64,000 nt of DNA from Macrostomum lignano. Lineage: Eukaryota. The position numbers were made by a program, and so were the translations under genes. Positions 1 to 11,900 of the stretch are shown here, in pieces; the stretch's first letter is position 1, and each line of letters begins with the position of its first letter. The notes under the pieces are model-generated. The model ran no database searches, had not been told where the DNA came from, and saw only the letters and a program-made list of their open reading frames with translations. Location: assembly GCA_002269645.1 (NCBI GenBank), contig NIVC01001532.1, positions 124,001 to 188,000 on the forward strand, read 5' to 3'.

Positions 1-1039
1 TGCTGGACGTCATCGTTATGGTGCCAAAGTGCTAATGCAGTTAGATACAGAATGGTGCTGTCAAGCAAAATGTGGAAAAACGTTTTATAAGATCAGATTT
101 GCGATCAGCATTTTACATTATGATGAGGACGCACTTTTTTCCAAATTCCACGTCTCGCACATGGGTGCTAAGCTTGTTAGCCTACTAACAGTAGGCTATG
201 GGCATATTTCTTCTTTTTATGTAATTTTCCTTGAATTCATACTAATAGGATCTTTGTAGCTATATCATTTTGCCATACCTGTAGTCATTATAACATAGGC
301 ACGGTTTTCGCTACTTTTGGGGTCATAAATCATTGCTTGTGAGCTGGTCTGACAGCAACCTGGGCCTCACTCAGTGTTGAGGCTGGCGCCAGATGGTCTG
401 AGAGGATGCGGGCGGTAGCTTTTTTCTCATCATTTTTTACAGGCCATCAAGATTTATGAGGTCAGGGCCCATTGCTCGTGTTCACTCAAGCGTTTAACAG
501 ATTTGACAGCTATGCGTATGCGCTTTACCCCTAAAAGTACTTTGGGATAAGCGATTATCGATTTCTCTTCACCATCTTCACTTTCTATTTAATGAGATCT
601 TTCTAATGCATATTTTTCATTAATATTTGTAATTCCTACGCGTAAGGTCATAAATCATAATGTAGCGATTTTGAGTGATTTATGACAGCACCTGGCGTAT
701 TTTTATGGCCCCGAGGGAACTGATAGGATCTTCTGGTCACGTGAGTTTGGGTAGCAACAAGCTCAGCCAATCAGAAAATTCGACGTCAGTTATAACAAAT
801 CGGCTCAGCCAATCATGCGTCGAGGTGTTTCATTATAACAAATTGCAGTCCAGTTGGCGGCTATACAAACCGATGTTTTTAGCCCGCTCGGACTCAACCT
901 CCTCGGACCCAGCACACAACTTCTGGCTCCCGGGACTCGACCGGCCGCTGGCTCAGATGAGTAGCTAAGCTAGTAGGCGCCAGTCACAGTGGACCAATGG
1001 CAAGGCAGTTCTCAGTCGATCAATCTATCAAATCAGTTA

Positions 1040-4000
1040 CCCACTGGGAAAGGGTACATCGAAACGACGTCGAAACGACATCAAGATATCGAAATCATGT
1101 CGTTTTTAAAAAAATGAAAATGGGATCGAAAAAACGATTAATTATTGCATAATTGTCCCTATTTTAGCTTTTTTTCGTATTTATTTGGCTTAAATTGGGT
1201 ATTTTTTCCATGTCGTAAGTAAGTCGTTTTGTACGACATCGAAGTATTATGTCGTATCAATGTCGTAACGACATCATTTTTGCAATTGAACCCATATCCA
1301 AAGCATGACGTACTGACATTGTCGAAACGACATTGGTTACACACGGCATCACAGTTCTCCGTTCCAGTGACAGTTCAAAATGAAATTGCTATTTCACGTC
1401 ATGCTTTAGTCAATAAACAATTCTTAGTGAGCAGGCTGAGGAGTTTTACTTATTTAGATCTGTATTAATTGTATTAGTTGTGCAAATCCACACTGGCTAG
1501 GCCTAGCTACTGCTACTGCACACATTACAAGTTAATTCAGTTTACAGTAGATATGATCATGCTTCATGTACATGGTTCTATTAGTAATTTTTTTTCAAAC
1601 ATGTGCATGTTATCTAAAATCATTACACTGACTAGACTAGCTAGGCCTATAATCTAATTTCAAATCTTGATCATCAATCTTGATCAAAAATTTAAATGAA
1701 TCTTTTTTATTTTTAATTGAAATTTTAATGATTGACCTTAGGCCTATCAGTTTTGTCCATGCTACAATATAAATATAACTAGGCCTAATAATACTTGTGC
1801 TAATGTTATTAAATTTAAATATCTAATTCTAATAGATTAGCAAATTTATTTGAAAGCTATATTCAATTGGTTTTAAGTGTACTATTGACCTTAGAATATG
1901 CTTGGTATATAATATCTAGCATACTACAATGATAGTATAGTGCTACTATGCCATGGTGAATTTGTGCACTATTGTGTTGGTATATAGTGTAGCTTTGTTT
2001 TTTGCATTTTTAAAATTTCAATAATATTAGACTATTTGATTATTTAGTTAAGAAAAAAATTAGAACAAGTTTCCTTATAAATTATTTTTAGGTCTATACC
2101 TTTTTAATTTTTCTTAACTTTTCAATTTAGACTAAGCCTAGCCCTAGAATTATCTGTCTATTAGCAAATAAATAGCTAGGCCTATTAGACAAATAGTCCA
2201 ATACCTATGTGAATTATGTTAAATTGCCAGATATAATTAAAAAAGAATACTATTTTTGCTTATTTTTGTCATTTTAAAAAATTGAATTCGTAACAAGAAT
2301 GAATAGCTTCATATAATTATAAAGTTCTTTTATAATATTAAACTTTTTTGCATGATTTCAGTTCAAAATTGACAACTATACTAACTTAATAATAGCTTTA
2401 AAAGAAAAAGATTTTAGCCTCTTAGATTCCTCTTTCAACAATTATTTTATTGTGATCTATTTATCAAGTTATTTATTAAGCTTATAAATAATTATTTTTA
2501 TATGAAAATAAAATTAGATTATGAAAGTGAACTAGGACTCCAAATATAAACTTGATTCCAAGTTCCAGACTACCAGACCATGTGTAATAGAACTGGCCAG
2601 GACTACCAAGTGAAGGGCTGACCAATAGGAGGCACAAAGGTTAGCATTATTGAACCATTGATCATTGTCAAATAGTTCGCTTTTTCTAATCCCACTAATC
2701 TACTTTATGAGTGATAATTTTTCATGTATTACAATGTTGTTTTTGTAAAGCATACATTTTGACACAAATTTAAAAATAAGATATTTGTTAAGAAAAATGT
2801 CATCTACAAACAGTCCTTTTACATATCACCCTTCTTTTCAGATGCGATACCAAGTACCCAAATGGCAGATGCAGCCATCGGGGCACGCATTGGTTGGTAC
2901 CTGCGAGATGCGAATCAGCGACTGGGGAGGATGAATGAAGTGCAACAGTGACAAAAACAACCTGCGCACTGCTTATTTTCCCCTCATTGGAGGTGGTCCA
3001 AAATCCTTCATAGGCTCAGACCTACTTTACATGACAGCTGTCAGTGAACCTATCCAGCCTCTGTCCATTGCTTCTTAAAGCCGACATGCCCAGGTGCCAC
3101 ACTCCTCCAGGTCATCTTTGACCTTATCGTTCTCTTCGCACCCAGTACAGATGTTTGATCCTCTTCAACCGCGAATCCTCATGCTCCCTAAGTCCCAGCC
3201 ATTGTAGTCGCCATGCCTTTTCAATGTGATCTTTCCCACTTTCAAGATCCACCTGTTACTCCTGTTCTCACTATTAAAATCCTGTCATCAACCGCAGCGT
3301 CCTTACCTGTCACTCACTGCCGATTCTCCTAATCTGTCGTGACGTCACTGCACCACCTTGGTTAATTACCAATTAGAAATATGGGCTAACCCTATTGTAA
3401 GATGTAACCATACAGAAGAACCCTACAGATTATAATACTAATTTAAGATTATTTAGATGCCAGCTCATTGAGCCATTTAATCAGTACTTCTTTTTCTCAC
3501 ATAGTTCTCGCTGTTTGCTGTTATCGAATTAGATTTTTCTTCTTTTTCGAAGAAGTTTTCCTCTTTATTTTGCAGTGCAATGTTTTCACAGTTCATCTAT
3601 AATGCTCGCTATAGCTCATTGAGCCCTGTTATCTATGCTTCAATTTTTTATGCAGTTAGTTGACTGTTATCACTGTCACTGTTACCAAAAAGCTCGTAGT
3701 TTACAGAAAAATAATACAAATTATACTTTTTTGTAATTCATCTTCTGCTGTTACCTTGTGTGCCATTATATTAAAACACGATTATATCGTCCATATACTA
3801 AAAATGGTTTGTCTTACATACATCCCTTACTCATTTCAATATTTGTAACTTGCACAATAATTGAATTTACCGGTTTTTCTACAACTAGCTATAGCGTACT
3901 GGCACAAAATGGTATGTCTGTATGATCTGTGTGATTCATTCTGTGCGCTTGTCTATCATTTTATACCGGAGCTCGAGTGAAGTTGAACCAATAGTACATT

Positions 4001-4344
4001 TACCATCTAGCAAAGAATCATTTTAAGCTATTCTACTTGTATATGATAGTTTTTTATGGCTTAGAAATTTTTAGCAGGACATTATCGATCAGCAGCAGAT
4101 AGATTAAATTGCATTTTACGACACGCGAGGGCCGCGAAAACTACATGAAATTGAATACGACATCAATACGACATTGCGACATACATACGATGTAAAAACG
4201 ACGTACATACAATGTCGAAACGACATACATACGACGTCGAAACGATATAAACACGATGTCGAAACGACGTAGTAGGGCGGGGAAAAACCACGACATCGAA
4301 ATGACATCGCAAAACGACGTTTCGACATCGTTTTTCCCAGTGGG
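1040..4344. mobile_element. Non-autonomous TIR DNA transposon (3.3 kb), CMC/EnSpm-like (PIF/Harbinger not excluded)
   Basis: 12-bp perfect TIR CCCACTGGGAAA (1040-1051) / TTTCCCAGTGGG (4333-4344). Direct 3-bp TSD TTA (1037-1039, 4345-4347). Dense subterminal CGAAACGAC(G/A)TC / ACGACAT repeats at both ends (about 1055-1335 and 4155-4330). No transposase ORF inside. Confidence 0.8.
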
Positions 4345-6510
4345 TTAGTGAAATTGCCAATAGTGCAATAATCGGCGCTAAAGATGTACTCATGTGCACT
4401 CTAGATTCGCCAAACGGCTCGGGTAATGAATCATGCGGTCTCTGAGGTTCGAGTTAGTCTATCATCAGCGCTACGAGAAGCTGGCTGGCACGTTGAAGGC
4501 CAAAAGTACATGTACATGTACAAAATTCCTCGTATTTAGCAATTTAATAGTACGTAGCTACCCCATAGTCTCGCCACCGCAAGGATCCCCTGCACAAGTC
4601 CCTTCTGTACCTGCATGACCAATGCGATCTTAGTCCAAGCAGTGTCCCTTATCATCGGCTATGACTTCGAGAATGACAGCAAAAAGACACTATAGTTGGC
4701 AGGTAGCGCTAAGCCCCTTAGTCGGAAGCCCGATTTCGAAAGTTCCGGTTTGGTGAGCCAGAACGCACGGGCTGGTGGCAGCGGGTTAGTTAATCTGCGG
4801 ATTAACTGATCTTTACCTGCAATATTCTCCCTGCTTGTCTCTCGCTGTCCCTCTCTTAGCTATAGGACCTAGACTGCTCGTCACAGATCAAGCTACCTCG
4901 GGGGTGACCATCTGACAGGAGTGGGGGGGCCAGGACTCTAATTGATTTATTTCTGAGACCTGAGGCCCGAAGGCTTTCGTACAAGAAGCCGAAAAGGCCT
5001 AAACCCATCAATTAAGGCAATCGCTCATTGATGAGAACGTACCGGATTGTCAAACACAATACATGTCACTCTCCACTCTCAAAGACATGTCATATATCTT
5101 GCCAATAGGAATAAAAATATATATTATAAAAAAATATATATAAAAATATATATGTGCCCACTAATTCAGAGAGCCTTGAGGAGAACATTTTGATACTCTT
5201 TTTTGTTTGAATTGCTTTGTAATTTTGCTACTAAAAATTTCTTTGAAATTTCTTTGAAAAGGCCACATTTTAGCAAATTCCCCCGAGACTAAGCTGAGAG
5301 GAACTCTAACTCCTCATCCTTTGTCGGCTAGTCGAGCTCGACGCAGCCGACGCTCGAGCTGTGTGCTTTTGTCAAAACCATGGCTGCAACCTACCCTCTA
5401 CATGTCGTAGATTTAAGCTAGGGAGAAAAGCCGAGCTTTAGGCCTTCTTAGTATTTACCGTGTAGGCTCTACTGTTAGTTAGAACATGACAGGATATCAT
5501 AGATAAAGTGAACAGTGAACTTTTCTGTAATTTAATATCCCACTGGCTAGTTAAAAACCTACATTAGGCCTAAACCAAAGAGCTACATAAAAGAACATGT
5601 CTAGGTAGGCCTAGCTGATATTGAAAGAGTCTAGCACTAAATCCAAATGTGTCAAGTCTAACCATTTACCTATACCTTTTAAACCTATTTAATATATTGC
5701 TTAACACATGGCCTTTCTTTTCTATAGACTGCTCAACTATCTATGGTATTGTTTTATTTTTTGAGCCATTAAGCCCTAAATCATTTCTTAGTCCTCAAAA
5801 CAATGACTAAGAATTTTGAAGACTAGAAAAATGACCATTATAGTCATAGAAACAAGATGAATGCAAAATTGCACGGCAAGGAAACAGTAAGTTATAAAAC
5901 TAAAAGACTCTATTGATATTTTAAAAACTTCTAAATTTCTAATTTTAACTATGCAATAGAATACATCTTGTTTTGTTTATATGAGTAGGCCTAGTCCTAA
6001 AAAGACATTTCACTTTTGAAAATTTTTTTGTAAAATAAAAAAGTTATACAAAATTTTGTCAATAAATTTTTTGTTGGCTTGTAATTTTTTTGCATATAAA
6101 AGACTGATCTATGATTAGTTTTGCAGATGATATCAAATTAAAAAAGTTTTTTTAAACTTATTTCTTAGGCCCTATTAAATTTTTATATGATATGATATTG
6201 ATAATATGATATTTTTTCTTTTGCATTTTTTTCTACTTTCAAAAATTATGTTTAAGTATGTCTATCATTTTATTTTATAATTTAAAATTTATTTGTGTTC
6301 TTTTAGTCTATAGTTATTATTTGCCTATCACATTATTGTCATTACTTATCCATGTATGTAGTATGCCAAATATTGAAAAAAGCTTATTTGATAGCTAGTA
6401 TTCCCAAGTAAGTACTTTTTAATTATATATAATTAATAGAAAATTGATATGCAATCTGTTTGTTTGCCATTCAAAGTGCATGTAAAGGCCTTAAAACCAT
6501 TATTCACTTG

Positions 6511-7107
6511 CCATAGTCAGGATGATTTATATTATGCTGGAAAATTCCGGCATACAATTGAAAATTTTACTTTTTTGGCATACAATTGGCATAAAAAATG
6601 AGGCAAAATATATTTGGCATACCTTTTGGCGTGACGCCATGGCGTAAATACGCCAAGCAGCGTATGCCAACTCCAACCTTCATGCCAAAGTTAATATTAA
6701 CAATTGTTGGCATAACGCCATAACCTCAAAATCTTATTAAAAAATCATAAAAACCATAAAACTTGTAAGATAAAAGTTCATAACTATTTGTGATTTTTAA
6801 AAATTTAAAATTCCACAAAAACTAATTGTGTAATCTTCTAAAGAAAACTTTAACAAACAAAAATTATTTTTGTTGGCATTATCTGTAAGCCAATTTACTT
6901 TAAATGAAAACCACACATTTAATAAATTTTTATTGTTAAAATTGTTAAAAAATGTATAACATACAAAAAAGGTCATTTATTGTCGCAAAGCCTAGAAAAC
7001 CTGGCATAAGTTCCTAGGACCTTGGCGTACGTTTCAGTATGAAGTGGCATAGATTTTTTAGGAGACTTTTTATTCTGGCATATACCATGACATGATCCTG
7101 ACTATGG
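6511..7107. mobile_element. MITE, 597 bp, 8-bp TSD (hAT/P/Merlin/MULE-type; superfamily unresolved)
   Basis: TIR CCATAGTCAGGAT (6511-6523) / ATCCTGACTATGG (7095-7107). TSD TTCACTTG at 6503-6510 and 7108-7115. Internal TGGCATA/GGCGTA motifs in both orientations. Non-coding. Confidence 0.85.
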
Positions 7108-8489
7108 TTCACTTGTACATATAGTAAGTACTTTAGGCTTTAGAAACAAAAAGTGTAGCATAACATAAAAGTAGTATTTATCCTACCATGTTTTTCAATG
7201 AATTCTGTATTAGAAAATCCATGGCCAGATTTTGGAATTTGACATTGCCTATTTGATAGAAGCAAAACAAAGTAAAAAATCATTTTTGGTAAAGTCTAAA
7301 ATAGTGTTTTACTGCCACAAGTGTTGACTGCCATAACCATAACCAATTAAGAAATTTCTTGCAAAATTGTGTAATTTGACTTTAATGTAACTTTTGTGAA
7401 ATTTGTCCTATTGGTCTATGTTTTGTGTTGTTTTATTGCATTTTATTCTTTTAAAAATTTATAATTAACTCATTATTTGTATTTTATAGTATGTAACTAT
7501 TTTTTCTATTCATAAGTAGCCCTGTTTTGGTCATATTTAGCATTTTTGAATTCATACCACAATCTCACTGAAGTTGCTAGATAAAAACTGACAAACACTT
7601 TCCATTTCCAAAAGTAGAAGTCTTCAGACTAAATGTGACATAGTTCTATAGAATGGAAAATATGTCTTTCAGTTCAGACTTGATGCATTATATTTGCTCT
7701 TATCCTGTTTGCACATTTCAATGAAAAATCATTTTAGAAGATCATTCACTATAATATAATGCTAAAATATAGAGTAACAATAATATTAATGACTAAGTGT
7801 CATTAATAGTTCTCATTTATTATTTGTACAAAAAGAGTGGCTAAGATTGCATTTATCTTAAATTTAGCCCCTTCTTCTGTTCCAACTAAATATGTAGCTC
7901 TATTGCCTAAATCCTTGACCCTAGGGACTGCAAAGCTCCCTTTTATTGAAAATGAAAACATTCATTTAAATTTTAGTCCCCTACTGGTTTATCTATACAA
8001 TGTCATACATGGAGTTTAAAATCTCTTGCTTAAGTCTCCAACTGCAGGGACTTGAGAATTCCTTTTAGAAAAGCTTTGAAACTAGCAGTGTTCACTCATG
8101 TAAGATGTTCTACCCTATTCTTGCATATTAAATCAAGACAAACTGAATCTAGTCACTTTTACTAGATTAACTAGATATGGGAAATATGAGCATCTGTATC
8201 CATAAAAGCATATGTATCCATAACTTCCTATAGTCATATCTGCAGCTATGGTGGAATTCTAATTTTGTTAAAACTTTTAGCTAACTTTAACTTGTTATAT
8301 TCTACATTTAAATCAAATTGAGTTGATTGTAATATTGTAAATTTGTCTATAAGTTATAATAAGTTATATCTTATCCCTTTCAGGTTTTTGGATTTTAACT
8401 AAATATTCAAGCCTTATAGTAATAAGACAGAAATGATTTATCAAATATTCCCAATTGCATAGATTTGCTAACATATGAACAAAAAATAA

Positions 8490-8705
8490 ATGTCTATTAA
8501 GCGTCAAGTCAGTCGCCTGTTCTATTACCATGGCATCCTATGTGCAAGATTCCCTGTGTACATTTTGGCTGGCGTAATTCTTATAATTCTGTTCTTCTGG
8601 TATCCACTGTTGACTCTGTCCATTCCTAGTCGGTCACCATATGAGTTTGTCATAGACAAGCCTAATAATCTGACTGGCAGTTCTGTGTCACCTACACGGC
8701 CTTGG
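8490..8705 (+). CDS. SCAP: SCAP exon 1 (TM1, start of luminal loop 1)
   Basis: ATG at 8490; [26 protein letters not shown]...TRPW; donor TGG|GTGAGT, phase 0. Confidence 0.85.
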
Positions 8706-8833
8706 GTGAGTATGGTGTCTATGTACTTTAATGTAATGTTCTGAGCGGCCCTTTTTGACTTTCCAATTACTATTACAAAGTCTGTAGATGTAGCTTATTG
8801 AAAATATTTTTCTTTGTGTGTCTTGTCTGTCTG

Positions 8834-8915
<82 letters not shown>

Positions 8916-11900
8916 AGCCTGTCCTGTGGCACCAAGAGCATCATCTGTGGCATCTCCTGTAACCAGTGCCACCCTGGGAAAATCCTCTATGTAGGTATAA
9001 CTAGAAGAACAATGAGAGATAGAATGAACCAGCACAGGTCAAATATTAACAGGAGAATCGTTACTTCGGGGTCAGAGCACTTTCTCACCCCCAATCACTC
9101 GATTGCAAACTTTGTTTCCATTGCTATCGAACAAGTTCTTAATAACAACAAAATCGAACTAAGGGAAGAAATCTGGATTAAAAAACTGGGGACTGACAAA
9201 CCGCCAGGTACGAACATCAGGGTCGACAATCATCTTCTCCGACCCATCCCAATGGTCCTCCCTTTTCACCCATCTACGATCTGGCTTGCCAACGAGATTG
9301 CTAAAAACTTTGATAAGCTACAAAATAAACCAGGCTCCCGCATAATGCCCGCATTTACACGGCAACGAAATTTACAGAGCCTCCTGGCTCCCAATAAGTT
9401 CAAGTCTCAGCCAGGAAACCATTGAATCATTTTAACCAATGTGGTCATTTTACCCTATTGAAGTACAATATTTATTCACTTTGTCATTTATTTTATCCAA
9501 ACTACTTGATTGTACGCACAAATATCGATTTTTACGCTCCTACCTCCAATACTGGAATTTCATCTAATCGTATAGTACTTCGAAAAAAAACAATTTTTAT
9601 ATAATAAATATACTGTCGATTGAAATGAATGGTGGAAAGCCTCTGGGACAAGTTAGAGCTAGACAAAACAGGGTTTTAAATGTAAATCCCTCATATGTAC
9701 AACTACTCATCAGTTTTATCAGACTAAGAAAAATAATACTTAAAAGACCAACTTGCTTTGCATTACACACAGATTTTTGGCCTGACGAAGAGCCCAGAGG
9801 CTTAAAACCGGTAGCCTATTTTCTAAAATAATATTTTAATACGCCGTGACCTCTCCTCTCTCTCTCTCTCTCTCTCTCTCCCGACCCTTAATGACTCATT
9901 CTCCAGTAACAACAGTATTTTACTATCATGGCGTGATATATTAGTTCTTCTATACATTGGACAGAAAGGCTAGCTAATTTAGAGTCTTGTGTGTCAGGTG
10001 ACTCAGGTCTTGCCATTTTCTATTTTTATACCATATATAATAAAGTTATACCGGTGCTCGTATTTTTGATATACTGAAACTGCGGGTACAATAGTACTAG
10101 TAGTTGTGTGCTACCCCAGGCCTTAGTGCTGAGTTCTGTGTGTGCTTAGATTCTTAAAGATCCGAATGCCACTGAACAGTCTGTGTTGGGAGATTGTGCT
10201 TTTTATTGAACAATTTTTTAACAAACTGAAATTCAGTCACTGCCTGTTTCAAGTTCTTAATTTTTCCCATTCCCATTCTCCCAAAACAGACAATCCCATT
10301 TTCTTAACTCCCAAGGATTCTCCCAGACATTCTGATTATCTCAATACCTCAGACATCCCCATTCTCCCAAATCCTTAGACATCCCCATTTTCCCAAATCC
10401 CAGACATCCCCATTCTCCCAAATCCTTAGACATCCCCATTTTCCCAAATCCTCAGACATCCCCATTTTCCCAAATCCCAGACATCCCCATTTTCCTAAAT
10501 CCTCAGACATCCCCATTTCCCAAATCCCAGACATCCCCATTTTCCCAAATCCCAGACATCCCCATTCTCCCAAATCCTTAGACATCCCCATTTTCCCAAA
10601 TCCTCAGACATCCCCATTTTCCCAAATCCCAGACATCCCCATTTTCCCAAATCCCAGACATCCCCATTCTCTTCTCCCAAATCCTTAGACATCCCCATTT
10701 TCCCAAATCCTCAGACATCCCCATTTTCCCAAATCCCAGACATCCCCATTTTCCTAAATCCTCAGACATCCCCATTTCCCAAATCCCAGACATCCCCATT
10801 TTCCCAAATCCCAGACATCCCCATTCTCCCAAATCCTTAGACATCCCCATTTTCCCAAATCCTCAGACATCCCCATTTTCCCAAATCCCAGACATCCCCA
10901 TTTTCCCAAATTCCAGACATCCCCATTCTCTTCTCCCAAATCCTTAGACATCCCCATTTTCCCAAATCCTCAGACATCCCCATTTTCCCAAATCCTCAGA
11001 CATCCCCATTTTCCCAAAAATCCCAGACATCCCCATTCTCCCAAATCCTTAGACATCCCCATTTTCCCAAATCCTCAGACATCCCCATTTTCCCAAATCC
11101 CAGACATCCCCATTTTCCCAAATTCCAGACATCCCCATTCTCTTCTCCCAAATCCTTAGACATCCCCATTTTCCCAAATCCTCAGACATCCCCATTTTCC
11201 CAAAAAATCCCAGACATCCCCATTTTCCCAAATCCTTAGACATCCCCATTTTCCCAAATCCCAGACATCCCCATTTTCCCAAATCCCAGACATCCCCGTT
11301 CTCCCAAAATTCTTAGACATCCCCATTTTCCCAAATCCTCAGACATCCCCATTTCCCAAATCCCAGACATCCCCATTTTCCCAAATCCCAGACATCCCCA
11401 TTCTCCCAAATCCTCAGACATCCCCATTGTCCCAAAATCCTCAGACATCCTCATTTTACCAAATCCTCATACATCCCCATTGTCCCAAAATCCTCAGACA
11501 TCCCCATTCTCCCAAATCCCAGACATCCCCATTTTCCCAAATCCCAGACATCCCCATTCTCCCAAATCCTTAGACATCCTCATTTTCCCAAATCCTCATA
11601 CATCCCCATTGTCCCAAAATCCTCAGACATCCCCATTCTCCCAAATCCTCAGTCAAGCATCCCTATTGTCCCAAAATCCTCAGACATCCTCATTTTCCCA
11701 AATCCTCATACATCCCCATTGTCCCAAAATCCTCAGAATTCCCATTATCCCAAATGACAATCTCTGTTATTTTCTCCGCGCAGTTGCACCGGCCGGCCGA
11801 GGCTGTGATTCTGCAGTTGCTGGTCACCGTCCACGTGTCCAAGCAGGCATCCGTTGATGCTCTGCGGGCGGCCCTCGCTGGCAGCTTCGAACTTCACGCT

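Noticed and set aside
1-970. Short ORFs 29-259 and 675-968; two CCAAT boxes near 767-815
   Set aside because: No homology recognisable, and no transcript start could be tied to the CCAAT motifs.
3000-3290. Minus-strand CTGC..E...EEC peptide resembling a LINE C-terminal knuckle
   Set aside because: Short, interrupted by stops, and too few motif residues to support a call.
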